From Balanoglossus misakiensis (Eukaryota > Animalia > Hemichordata), in the NCBI GenBank assembly GCA_040954595.2, contig CM082586.2:3640349-3704348 (forward strand): a stretch of 64,000 nt of DNA, read 5' to 3'. Shown in pieces: positions 51,301 through 64,000 of the stretch. Below the pieces are notes generated by a model, which saw nothing but the letters and a program-made list of their open reading frames with translations, searched no databases and was not told the origin of the DNA. The position numbers were made by a program, and so were the translations under genes. Numbering within the stretch: position 1 is the stretch's first letter; each line of letters starts with the position of its first letter.

Positions 51301-54300
51301 AATAATACCAATAAAATATGAATGGTGGTAAAAAACCTATAAAATTGGCTATTTCAATGGTGATAAAAACCACATTCCGTTTCTTTCGTATAGCAATTAG
51401 CGTAGCCGCATACTACTCGATTGCTTCTGAGCTGACCTGGCTCGTGGGATAAATACAACATAGGCAACTGGCGTAAATGCTTTCTCTTTCTCCCCATGTA
51501 TTTATCAAATATTTAACATTCGATTTACAATAACGGTGAGTTTGTATGAGTTTCGACTACTTTGTTAATTCTACGGTTGTCCCAAAAGGACAATGTCGAA
51601 TTAAATAACGTATAAATCAGAATACTGGACAAACACTGCCCATCAATCTTCATCATGACAACGTTTCTTCAATCCCAAGTTGACTGTACTTTCGCGTCCA
51701 CGCAAAAACCGAGTTACGTTAACAGGTTGTTGATTATTCTCGGAAACAATCTCATAAAATACCACTTTCTCATACAAAACTGGCTGTAGAATTTACAGAG
51801 TTCTGAATTCTACCTTCAAGAACTGTTTTCGATAGAGAGTCGTTCGGCTGCGACTTCCTAGAAGAAGAGCCCGGGCTCCAGGGAAAGACCGCGGATTGAT
51901 TTTCCTTGCCATAACGTGTTAACATGTTCGAGTATCGTACTTCTACAGCGAGAACAAGGCGCAATCCAACCGGAAAATGTATCTTGGAAAGGTTGAATGG
52001 AATCGTTTTTAATCAACAGCAAGGCATACCAGCGATTATACGTTCGTGGCTGCGGGCCCAAAACAAGTGGGCAATGTTCCATGTTGCCAGCTGACATTAC
52101 ATCGAACCATATTAAAGCAACGTTGTGTCTTTGAGATTCTCAATACGTTCAATATGTGGCAAAATGAAAGAATTACTGTTCCCATTTTCACCGCAAGCGG
52201 ATACCAGGCCCTGTTCCCCAATGTCTCCTATGGTCAATGTTTATTTCCTCAAAAATGATACATGTTCCTTCGATGTTATTAGTCGAAAAAAACTGTTCTA
52301 CCACGCTGTTATAAAAATACGCTCCCCAGAGTTAATCTACATACACGCGAGACGCGGTAATCTCATTTATCAAAAAAATTCTCCACTCTGAACTTTGTCT
52401 CAACTAGGAATTAGAAATCCTCTCGTAATAAAAACCGAGACTCAGAAACCTCTTGTCATATCCAATTTTATAAACAATACTGTCGCTGTATACAGATTTT
52501 GCATAGGGTTATAAAGCCTACAGAACCACAGTCTGGACACGTGGTCTGCGGCACGATCCTGTTCATCCCCCCTTTTCACTGTTGACAGTCACCTGATATG
52601 GCAGCCAGCGAATATTGGAATCCCTGAAGACAGACTTCATGCCGGGCGTTCGATAGTGGCTCGAGTGGTTTTACATAAATCACGCATTTAGGCGCCGGGA
52701 GGGTTGGGATCATTGATCGTAGAAGGCAATTCATCAATTAGGGCGTTTTTAACGCTCTTTCCATGGGAACCGAGATGTTGAGGAACGCAGCCGCGAAATA
52801 TGGACTGGTGCCACTATTAACGATGAAAATGAATGAATAGATGACAGTGGCCTTACGTGTAAAAATGTTGGTGTTTCCGAAGTTGACATCAGCTAGCTAA
52901 TGGTCTGTGCGCTAAATGCGAAAGAGCACTTTGTGTGGTCGTATAGAAGAAGCTGGAAAATACCAATACAGGATTGCTGCGTTTCTCTGCCTGCCCCCTC
53001 CCTCTCCCCCCCCCCCGTCTTGTCTCTCCCCCTCTTTCTCCGACAACAGAACACACGGCCATTTACAATTTTGATATCCGCTGTCAGAATTTCATTTTTG
53101 CACGATGTTGTCTAGCTCAGTAGTCCGCTTGATTGGAAGTGACACAACCATTTTCAAGTTCGTTTCATCTGGTCTGCAGTCTTCCCCAGAGAATAATCAA
53201 AACTCATTTCCAAACCTTTCCCGCACGTTCGAACATTCAAAACTATCACCCGGCACACCTGGGAGGCGTAAAATCTTCGGTAATACCATTAGACGGTACG
53301 TGAATGTAGATGGAAGATCGATGTCCACACAGCGTCTGTGAAACACGTTTAATTGCTGCGATTGTCAGCCACTCACCTTTGAAACCAAGCTTGCTATACA
53401 TTTCAACGCCAGACATCAACTTTAAACCTCTTTTTTTACATTTATGCGGCAGAATCCAAAAATGACGCTTGCTGACAGCTACTAAGGCAAACACATGCCT
53501 GTGCATGCTTATGAAATATGGGGGATCTTTTGATAACACGGTTGCCATGGGAACTGCAAATGCGATTATTCTGTTGTTACGTTTATTGCTGCGATGTGGA
53601 AATACAGATTATTTTCTACCGTGCATTGTGTATCTGACATCGTAAATTTTAAGGAGGGAAAGGATTTGCATTCGTGGCAGATATCTCGCGCGAAAAAAGT
53701 AACGACAGAGACAGTGTGAATCTCGAATCTCGCTTCTGGTGATACTTAAGAAAGGCTGACTTCAAACTATCACTTCTTCTATCATTACAGCCATTTTTAT
53801 CTCCTTGAATCTTTTATGCTTCTGAGGTGAAAATATCGATAATTGGAGTTGGCGTTTCCCCGCGCGCGTTTGGCGAAATCGCTTTCGATGCAAACTTGTT
53901 GAAACGAAATTTCATCAACACGGGTATCTTAATTTACGTCAATTCTCAATAACTATCAACGAGCTCATTTTGCTTTCCTGGTGACCTCAATTTCATTTCA
54001 CTGAGAAATAGTTTTTTTTTTAAACAGAATGGCGAAGCAAAGAGTTCAAATGATGACGTACACATTGTTTAAAATAAAAAGTAAGCAAACATTACCCTTC
54101 GACCCAGGAGACCTGATGGTTTAACAGATATCAGTGGCCTACTCCAGGTGAACCAAATGTTTTTATTGCAATATTGGATGATGCTCTACAAAAATAGGAT
54201 TTCGGGTCAGCTTTTTTTAAAAGGCAGCAATGAAAATAAGGATGTATAAACATCAAAAGCTACCGTTTTGATTCTGATTAGAATTGCTATTTTCCTGTCC

Positions 54301-56923
54301 GTTGGTTTCTAAACCGTATTATCAGGAGCCAGCTCATCAAACCATGAAAAAGATCGTATATCGCTCGTCTGCGTAACAAGTACGTTACATCATGCTGAGA
54401 CACTCGGCTAGTGTTCTGCTGCAGCGTTCATCTGAGCAGGTGGCGGGAAAAGACACCGTGTTGCGTTCTCTGTCTGGCCCGAGGAAGTATTTCTTACATG
54501 GCCAAATGAACAAATGCAGTTGGTTTGGACTTCTAATTAGCTCACTCTGTGCTGATAACCTTAGAATGTGGATTTGTTAAAATGTCATTGAGATGGATGA
54601 GAAATAATCTGATTTCTCTTGCTTTCATTGTGCTTGATTGCGTGTATACGGGTCTGTTTTGATGTTCCGCAGTGGTTTTGCGTATCAACGAGATGGCCTG
54701 TTCCACATCACATGACGACCACAAAAAGTTCCGCCATTGATGCCGTGTCAATTTGCGGGCCATTGCCGTTCAGTTGTTCTTGACACAGTTAACTACGTCT
54801 CTCACTAAATAGGACATACCGATGAATCGGATGATGCTTAAAGTGAAAAGGGGTATAGGGTAACGTCGAAAATGTGTAACAGAACGCCGTGCATATCCAG
54901 TACATCTACGTGCGTCCGGTCATTTCGTGTGAATCAAGCTCGGAGGGGGACAATATAAATGGCAGTATAATCGCGATGACAGAAAACCGTGATGGAGCGT
55001 AAACTGTTGCTAAACATAAAATAGTTATGGGCCGTAAAACTACTGGATTAAAGGCGATACCGATAGTCAGGAAGATTACGAACGAGCTCTACTGCACGTG
55101 CCAAAGCCCGCCTAATTTTACCGCTATTTTGAAAATTGTCAAAACCTTGCAAAACTCTCCTTATTCTCAATCAATTTCACAAAATTGAGAAATTATACAA
55201 ATCATAGATAAGCTATAAAACGCTGTGAATTTTTGTAAAATGGCACAATTGATATTTGTCACATAAAACAACGTGTACAGTTGGCCTAATCCATGCTTAG
55301 GCTCTTGACGGGTTTCTCAAATGCACATTTACATGTCTATACTGGATTAGAGACTTTAAAAAATGCTGCACGCACGCATATCTCTGCCTCATTGGCCAAC
55401 GACGCGAACAAGCCAGCATCTTTGAATTCCATTGACTAAGAGTTTGGTTGGTAAAACCGTGACGTCAGTTCCACCCGACAAAACACGAACCATATAGTTT
55501 TCCTAGCAACGACACTTTTACTGTTACAAGCGCACGAAAATGTGTATCCCAGGTAGTCTGTTTGGTACGAACGGAATGGGTACTGAACTCTAAGTTGACT
55601 CCTAACGTTATTACAATTTTCATAATAAGTTTCAAACAATTTTCTATCGCTCAGTGTTATTAACGTTCTAGGCATATTCTGCTGCTTTGCGTTTCTTATT
55701 ACAAAGTTGCGCATTTGTGACGTCGGGGGAGATTACAGAAAACTTGAAAAGCATATTAGATTACAGCTATATTATATTGCCTCAATATATGAACGCATGT
55801 TCGCTGACTTTTATAATATCAACAGATGAGTTTGCAGCTCACCTTTTCTTGGTCGTCTTGACGGCGTCTGTGTTTTCATTTGCCGTGGTCTGGTGAATTA
55901 GCATGAAACAGCTGAGCAAGACAGCTACTGTGAACATCTTTGCACCCATATTCATCTTCGTCTTCTGTCGTCGTCAAAACGCAGTGCCAGAAATCTGTTA
56001 ACCACATGGGAGGGGGAGAAAGAGATTGGTGTCGTAAGAAATAGAAACTCGCGACAGATGTTGTTTTAGCGCATTATTGTTACCTGTAACGGGGATTAGG
56101 CGGGCGCGATTACGGACTCAGTGTCACTGAAACACCATCTGAGCCTCTGTGCCGGCAAAGAGCCTACGGGTGAACGTGGATCCTCCGTCGCGCCGGTGGT
56201 GATGAATTTCGCGGGTTTATCGCCCGGCTTGCAGCTAAGGGATGCATATATATAGACGGCAACACGTGCGACTGTCTGGTAACCTCGTGCGGTCGGTGGA
56301 AGAAACAGCGAGAGCGTGAACAACTCCGGGCGTCAGCTGACATGTTCACCAGAACCAGACAGGTTCATTAAATCGGTTCGTCATGCGATCAACAGCAAGT
56401 TCCGGCATAATTTCTCTGTGTTATTTTGCGCGAAAAAACAAAAGTTGGACATGCGTGAAAAGGGGGTTGCCATGGCGAATTATGACCTCCCCTGGGGGAC
56501 CGCGTCCGCGAGAAAAGATTCATCGGAGCCGTTCAAAATTAGATATCTGTTCATGGATACCACGGCCAATGTGTTGCTAGTATAACAAGGCTAGAGAGAA
56601 AAAAATGAGTCCATTGTCGTTGGATATGAGACTCCAAAATCATCCATCGATCAAAGTGGTATCCGTATGGCAGCAAAAACTGCGCCTCGGCAAATCGTCT
56701 TGTCTACAACAATTGTAAATTTAAATACATACATATCAGCTGGCAAAGAACGCGCGTATCCGTACAATTTCTACAAACAATTAGTGCATTGTTCTGGCAG
56801 AAAAAATAATGTATGACAAGGAAAAATGCTTAGAAATCATAAAAATGTGTGCATCTTACACACACAATATCATGCGCTCTGTGTGTATGGCCATTCAACG
56901 AACACATACTGAGTTAACACCAT
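42324..56923 (-). CDS. Unrecognised ~85-aa protein, 3 coding exons (MVLTQNVQDESLAMLDMPIYSLGQRLRNEKAEWIKKQMADNKKLFAEASMTEYDPSLLEALSVKYMEHEYVEGDVTIEIGDYTEI)
   Basis: Exon1 coding 56923-56910 (acaatATGGTGTTAACTCA|gtatgt, phase 2); exon2 44791-44621 (ctttccttgtctacacag| 171 nt open, phase 2-2 |gtgaga); exon3 42396-42324 (ttcatttacctctcag|, phase 2, ends TEI-TGA); AATAAA at ~41403-41398. Exons 2-3 are well supported; joining to exon 1 across 12 kb is inferred from phase and promoter. Confidence 0.65.
44510..44610. repeat. (CTGA)n-(GA)n-(CA)n compound microsatellite
   Basis: Directly visible, adjacent to the donor of exon 44791-44621. Confidence 0.9.
46509..46578 (+). pseudogene. Degenerate tRNA-Ile(AAT)-like relic / tRNA-derived SINE head
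   Basis: AACCGTTTAGATCAGTCGTAGAGAGCATCGTGCTAATATCGGCAAAGTCGTAAGTTCAAGCCC aligns by eye to eukaryotic tRNA-Ile GGCCGGTTAGCTCAGTTGGTTAGAGCGTGGTGCTAATAACGCCAAGGTCGCGGGTTCGATCCC; A/B boxes eroded, stems do not pair well. Confidence 0.6.
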
Positions 56924-57030
56924 ATTGTCGCTCGACCTACCGACTGTGCTTCAGCGCCGTATACCGGGAACAAGTTGATATATTCAGTGGCAGTGGCAAC
57001 AAACAGAAAACATGAACAAGGGAAACTGTT

Positions 57031-57244
57031 AAATGAAAAAAGTACTGTTACCTCATCCTTTATATACCCTGGGCCGGTTCATCGGCGAAGTCTTCGCCCT
57101 ATTGGTCAGTAATTCGTGGACGTTCTTGGCGAGGAAAAAGTCAGCGGCGTTAACCTCTTGGAGAACACGGTACACCTCCTCACGTGCTGGCGTTGGATGG
57201 GGAACGGCCTCGACGACATTTGCATATGTAATTTGCATACGTCA
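57031..57244 (-). promoter_or_regulatory. Pol II core and proximal promoter (TATA, Inr, CCAAT, E-box, two octamers, CRE half-site)
   Basis: Minus strand: TATATAAAGG 57066-57057; Inr TCATTT 57036-57031 (A at 57034, TATAAA at -30); CCAAT 57105-57101; CACGTG 57181-57186; ATGCAAAT 57225-57218 and 57238-57231; TGACGT 57244-57239. Confidence 0.7.
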
Positions 57245-60200
57245 CCAACGGCTGCGTTGTCACCTGGAGGGCGGTGTGCACACATGGCGCTCTTTCCCTA
57301 TATATCTCTTCGGATGTCGAGTGAATCCACGCCAGGCATCACAATACAAGCACCGTCTCGGTGTGCCTCTGAAATGCACGCCGGTGTCCAGTGAGCACTG
57401 CAAAGGAAGGGAAACAAAAGGTAACAGTTCCTGACGTACACGACGGTTGCACATAATGCATATTCATCGAAAACGTCTCTCGAAAACAAGTCACATAGAA
57501 TGTCGCTATATGACACACAGATGACACTATATTTGACAATCTAAGTAAACCCGGGGTTGCCTGATATCAAAAGCATTCATTCCTTTTAAAACTAGACCAC
57601 TGCAACACCAAAATTACACGACAGTTGTTTTTTACTGGGCATTATCGTCGTTTATGAAACATATCAGTGATAAGTCATGCGCACAGTTTTCAAGAAATTC
57701 GAGGACATCTCTGTAAAATAGCCGTATTGTTTTCGACCTCTCAGTTTCTTCCCAAGCACTTTCTGACAGGTGGTCGAATTATTGCGATACGGAAGATGGC
57801 GTAACCATGACACCATCACCGTATCTATGACATCATAGCTAATGCGCGTCTGACACGTAATATGTCACAGTGGTAAGCGAGCGTGTGTTTCACAAGGAAG
57901 GACTTGGTCGGTAGATTCGTACAAAGTACAGTTATGATGAACTAATGCGTCTTTCTATGACTATTATGAAAATTAAATAACACAACGGCCGTTCAACTCG
58001 ACCTTGTCGAAAATAATCCGTTTGTTCAAATCTTCTTAAGCATAACTTTCCATCCATTTGCATGTTTTCAAGCGTTTTCGCCTGAGGACTCAGTGTATTT
58101 TATCAAAAGACTTTCTGCTTTGTTAAGTCGTGTTGTGATAGCATGATTATTTCTTGTCATCTGCGCTACGCTAATCTTATTTCTAAGTAGTCGACCTGAG
58201 AATATTATCGCCTTATCTCCAGGCGTGTTAAATTCATTACCTTGATACGCAGCCAACATAGGAAAAGGTGTATGAGTTGACGAAGAAGCCATGGAATGAG
58301 CTCGGCTTATCTTAACACTCCGTGTTGGAGAAACTTGTACCAGCTTTACTACCCTACAGAGCGGTATTTCCAAGCCGAAATCCCAAGTAGATTCAGTTGG
58401 ATCATGGGAGGGGGGGGGGGGGGAGATACCGTAAAAAGGGCCACCCTGTACAGCATTAGTTGGAAATATGCCTATATAGAAAGACATACTAAATTATCTA
58501 CACTTTGCCAACTTCTGTTAGGAAAATTAGTTGATCAATACGGGTATCTTTTCCATCGTGATGCCAGCGAGCTTCACTGGAACTCGAACCAACATTCCCC
58601 CCTTATCTGATGACGACGTCTTCCTTCAGCGCACGGGTGACTGGTTGATGAGTCTGTCCGACTGTTGCTCAACAAAGATCCGAGTCTGTGTCACCTAATT
58701 ACGTATGATCCATTCGAACTCGAATCGGCGAGCTACTGCTATCTATGCAGCGTCAACGCGATTAGAACTACATGTGTGGTGAAGAGTGGAAACTGGATAC
58801 TGTTGAAATGCGGACAAAATTTGTAAAATTGAGCAAAAGTGTAATATGACAGGTAGAACGAAAGAAATCTGTCTTCCAGTCTACTTTTGTAAACGATCGA
58901 TGCAAAACGCATTTGCTAAAGGGCAGAAGAGAAATAATTTCCTTAAACCTAGTTTTCAAATTTTCATATATTTTTTTATTTCATTTAGACCCATACCTTT
59001 ATCTTTCACGTATCGCGATGTATGACGATATGTGTGGGCTAGAAAATTGCAATGTACGCGGTCGATCAATCGATCGTGGCAAATTGTCTACATCAACCAC
59101 TGATATCACATTCGATGCGCAAACATCGTCGAAATCTAAACCACGCGTCAGCTGATTAATTGCGGAACCAGTTCACAAAGGTGTCGATAATGAATTCATT
59201 CGCGTCCCATCCACCCACGGATGATAACGACGTTTGATAAAGTGGTGTGTTTGTTCGAATTGCAGTCAAGCCCTCTAGCAATAGGTGATCAAAAGATATA
59301 TTTGCGGTTCAACTCATCTTCGCGTTTAAAGGTGCACGGCAGGATGTCTACCACGTGACTTTTCATGGCCTCTTCGTCGTTGCCAAGAGAATCCTTTACA
59401 GTGGCTTTTGAGGAAATTAATACAGAAGCCTTATGTTATATTTAGCTAATCAAATCACACAAATTCAAGAAAGACATCGAGAACATTTGTGCCCATCTCT
59501 TAAAAAACACCAGAGAAAAAAGAAAAGAAAATCCATATCCTAATTTCCGTAGGTTCAATTTTCCCGATGATTTCATTAGCAGCACCAAGAAACATGGGAT
59601 TACCAAGAGCATCGATACAGATTAAACAGATATGTCGAGACGCGGAATGATGCAAAAACTAATTTCCCAAATTCATTAGTCATTATGTTAGAAATTGAAT
59701 TGAAAAGGTTTCGTGGTTACGTTCTCTATACATGTACTTCCGTTGCAGAATGAAGGACAAGGGTAATGTGCGCGGTTGATGTTTGAGTAAGTTAAAATTA
59801 TCTGTCATTAGACTTCTGAACGACTATTGGATCCCTACGACGATGTGTCCTACTGTTTTGTAAGCAAAATGGCATAAATTGGAAGACACGTGGTATAGTG
59901 TAGGCGACATAGGCTCTTTTGATGTCATATGGGATATAAGCGATAATAGCGATTTACAATGAAAATGACCGATATCTTTATATCTTTCATTAGTGATGGT
60001 GAAAAGAAGATAATTTTATCGGAATAAAGAATAGCGTACAACTGATAAAATCGCAATTACCGTTTTCTTTTTTTTCCTTTCAGTCATCAACAGTTCCGTT
60101 GCGATATAATTTACGATCGCGTGTGGGTACTCGACATTCAACTTGGGATTGTAATTTCAGCAAACTGATCATAACGATTAATGTATTTTACACTACATAT

Positions 60201-63200
60201 AAACGATCTGTGCACAAAGCCTGATGTTTCAGATGATTTGCAGATTTGAAATTAGCCAGAATCAAAATCCGCGGCAGGAGACAGCTGCAATGAAAACTCC
60301 ATCTTTACAGGGTCACTTCAACACATAACTTTGTTCGCACGTGGACATAATTTCACACAGAGGCTTTACTTCACTCATCGCTTGACAGACATGCCGTGTA
60401 TTACCAATGTAAACGAGGACTTTTTTATCCTTAAACCTCGCCGTTGGCGTTGATTATTGATTTCACATGTGATCGTTTTTACATGTACACATATCAAATT
60501 GAGACAGTTACATCTCGGAAGTTTGTTAAAATTTAACATCCAAGCAGCAGTCAAAATTATTACTCTTATAAACAGTAGATGTAACGCGCCAAATGTATAT
60601 TTGCATTTGATACATCATAACGCGTTTAATCGATAGTAAGCGAGGAAAAACGCCTTGTGGTGCTTTGCTGTCCAACGTTTACGATGCCATTTAAATGTTT
60701 AACCTGCACCACACTTTTTTAATGGTTTCTGGCAAGTCTTAAAAGTCGGAATGCTTTATGTGTTTGTTCATGTTTGTTCGTTTGATAATTACTTTTATAA
60801 TAACTTTTCTTTCAGGAAAGTTGAGTGCGTACATCAAGCATACTAGTTGGACGCAGGGTTTATCTTGAGGTTATTGCATCAATAACTGCATGGTTTAAAA
60901 TATGAAATACAATAAAATAGTATTGAAGTTTTGCTCTGACAAACTTAGAACTGCAAGACATGTTTTATACACATAATATAAATTTAGCCACTCGCCTGTT
61001 GACAGTTTTTAAATCCAAAAACTCTGCATAAACAAGATTACCACGAAATTATCAGTTTCGTGGGTTTGTAAACTTCAGCACACAAGGACTGGTTGTACAT
61101 TTGGGAAAGGGTCAATGGCCGACTCTGCAAGCAATCGATTCAGACGTCGACCTATGGCAACTGAGTGAAACACCCATACGCATAAACAACCATAACTTCA
61201 GATTAATTTTGATAAACGCACAAGGGCGGGGGATGGTCAGAATCGGGAGTATGAAAGTCAGCATATTTGATACTATCGCGTTATACGTGAATGCTAAATG
61301 TGGTGTTAGGGGACTTAAGTGTGGGATTTTGCCTCCAGCAATACTAATCATACCAATGTGGCATCCGTTCTGTCGCTGCAAATTCGTTGATTGACTGAGT
61401 GGATTTGTGTCTTCACCACTCGTCCGTTGAAAGGAGTTTTCGCAGTTAACAAGCGTCCTGTCCAAACCCTGCTTTGACGGAAGTTGAAGGTTGCAAAACT
61501 GATTAAATAGGTGCCACTCTCTGACGTCATCGGTTTGACGTCTACGCCACTCAAAGTGGCCATGAGATACAATTTAATCTCATAAAATTATCAATATATT
61601 ATTACATTTTTCTGAACATACTGAATATTATGAATTATGAAAGAAAAGTTTCTTTTCAAACAGAATGTTTTCCCAGTTTCGAGAGATGTTACGGCACACA
61701 ATGGATTAGAGAACCCGGGGCGATCACACGAACAGTAAGCCTACAATCGACGAGAAAATTCTCAGAATGAAGATTATCACGCATAAAGATTTAATTTATT
61801 TCATGTCTCCATTTGCGTCAATAATCTCTTGGCATCCTCTTCGAAGGGCTGAAGAGTCACCACATTTGTTATTCCATTATCCATTTTTTCCGGACGTGTC
61901 TCTCAATTCGCCTCTGCATTTGGGTGTAAGGAGATGCCGTTAGAGATAGGCGATATGAATGAGATATGAGCCGTTATTCAATTCAGTATAAATTAATTAA
62001 GAGAATTTTGTTTCCTGTGATCGATGACTGACAATATACAAGCAAAATACGGCCATTAACTCATAAATGTTCACGTTTTGTTTGTTTTGTTAACATAATA
62101 CTCCTGCTAATTATCTCCAATGCATCTACATTAGTACAAACATTGGATTCACGCCAGACACATAAACGCACATATTATGGGTCGCAGCAGGATAAAGAAG
62201 AAGATTTTTCTAGTTTCATCCTCGACATCTCTTATCTAATATTACAATCTTATCATACCGGGAAAACGAAGGGGATATCTAAACGCAGAAGTACTAATAA
62301 CATTCAAGATTTATGACTTTCCGGAGAGAAAATGGTCGCTCTTAATTGACAACTTCTTCCACGAACGGATCTCGTTCGGTTTCTTTTATTTTGTGAACGA
62401 TTCTCACTTCAAAGGACGGTGCCATATGACTTGAATATATATGTGCTTCCCGATATAATTCTATAGGAATAAAATAGCATTCTGTGTACCATTACTGTAG
62501 GCTTGTGGATAGAAACAAACGTATACACTTCAAAGCAGTTGAAGCGTGCATGGCCAGAACCTTTTTTCTTATCTCTACTTTGATGTCTAACCCAACGGAA
62601 AGACCTCGTAAGAGAACAGCAAGTCTAGCGTGAAGTGCCTCCGCTTGAACATACACGCAACAGGGGAAGCTGTCTCCTGGACAGGATGTATTCCCCGGAG
62701 TACCTTCTGCCTTCTGTACAACGCCTCTCACGTGGAACACGCAGAGGTTACGTTGTACTGAAGAAAGCATGCATGAACTGTCGTTGAAATGTTCAGCATT
62801 GTCAAATATACCAGAGTTCGTCCAAGAAAGTTCCCGGAAACCTTTATATCAAAGTGCTGATGTTCCACCGACACGTTTTGGACCTGATCATAACATATTC
62901 AGACGCTACAGTTCTGCCGTACAGTCCCTTACTTATTCAAGAGGCAATTTTGGATAATGATACTACTGTGATAATAACACGTCAGTAACATTTCTGCTGG
63001 GAAAAATGTGCGACGTGGTAATGGCTTAGTAGTCCCCAGTAAGCCACATCAAATGATAAAACAGGGAGGAATTATGCCCTTCATGTACCTCTGGGGATAT
63101 ACGAGATATACAATTTGCCACGTATAGTCAATGCCATAAGGCAGTGTGCGGTAACAACAGACAAGATGGCGGCGGCCATAGTCAGTGTCGGAGATCGGGA

Positions 63201-64000
63201 AAAGACAGCAAATTTGGTGAAAAGAAGGGACAAAACTAAAGTCTACTTATACAGTTCGCATGAAATAAGGAAGGAAGCGAAAGCAGTCCACTATTTGAGT
63301 GCGTTGAACGCAAAATGTGTAGAACATTTGGATTGGACACACGGAATCATGCACATGCGCATAAGACGATCGTCTGTCTTTAAAATATTTATTATTCACG
63401 CATGTCCCCCAAGGGATCGGAAAGGAGTCCTAATCCCGCTGATATCCTTCTCGATACTCAGGCTGTCGTTAAACGCGGGCGACAACAATCACCACACTGC
63501 GACGTCATGTGATACAGGCGGTAATCTCAGCTCAGATTTCGTAACTTTTGACTTTGTAGACGGATTTGATGAATCCCCTATGAATTGACTTCAATCGTTA
63601 CTGTGCCATCAAAGCTTCACTTGGAAGATTTATATTTACTCGGCATTTTCTACACAGGTACAAACTCTTGTCGACCAACCAATCCTTCCCGACAGACTCC
63701 CCTTGAAGGTTCAAAACTGTCATGGTATATACTCTTAGTGTAATTATGTTTTTATATTGCAAATCGTAAGTTTTCCCGTGCAAGGTATGACATACAGAAA
63801 TAAATCCTACTACTGCCTTAAATTTATGTTTCTCCTGTATCGGAGAGAACCGCGTAACAATGATTTAGAATTCGGTAAAGTTCGGTCATAAAAAGGCGAT
63901 AAGCTATGACTTTCTCTACGTTTCCTGAGATTAGCCTATTTGCGACCATAAATATACGGTTAGCTATTTGTCATTTTGCCATCCCCTTTTATCGTTACTG

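Noticed and set aside
57053-57238. 61-aa minus-strand ORF MQITYANVV...
   Set aside because: Coincides with promoter motifs (its ATG is an octamer, its end is the TATA box); better explained as regulatory DNA
62492-62957. Coding-like stretch on both strands
   Set aside because: Interrupted frames, no motif or splice support; possibly decayed repeat
63115-63588. 157-aa plus-strand ORF
   Set aside because: Non-ATG start, no recognisable domain or convincing splice sites
40200-64000. Conserved miRNA, snoRNA, intact tRNA or rRNA genes
   Set aside because: By-eye check for common bilaterian mature miRNA sequences gave only seed-length matches; no intact RNA gene seen (not exhaustive)

Overview
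This is eukaryotic (invertebrate animal, probably spiralian) genomic DNA with spliced genes, so the six-frame ORF track is mostly exon fragments and noise; genes were rebuilt by hand from splice sites and reading-frame phase. Left to right: (1) 5' part of a twitchin/projectin(unc-22)-like muscle Ig protein on the minus strand (ATG 10733, running toward the left edge), with 8 Ig domains, four obligatory 22-28 nt microexons, a PEVK-like linker and a 2-kb non-autonomous TIR transposon in one intron; (2) a candidate 57-aa spliced small ORF upstream of it; (3) DDX54/Dbp10 (+, 17 exons, one U12-type intron); (4) PHTF (-, about 17 exons), convergent with DDX54 and head-to-head with (5) intronless TMEM60 (+), the same arrangement as human PHTF2-TMEM60; (6) a ~23-kb apparently empty region that hides a 3-exon, ~85-aa unrecognised gene with a well-formed TATA/Inr/CCAAT/octamer/CRE promoter. 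The two unrecognised small proteins both carry a D-x-P-I-x(3,4)-Q-R-L-R motif and end in T-E-I-stop, and are the most novel-looking signal. No database searches were run, so novelty is unverified.
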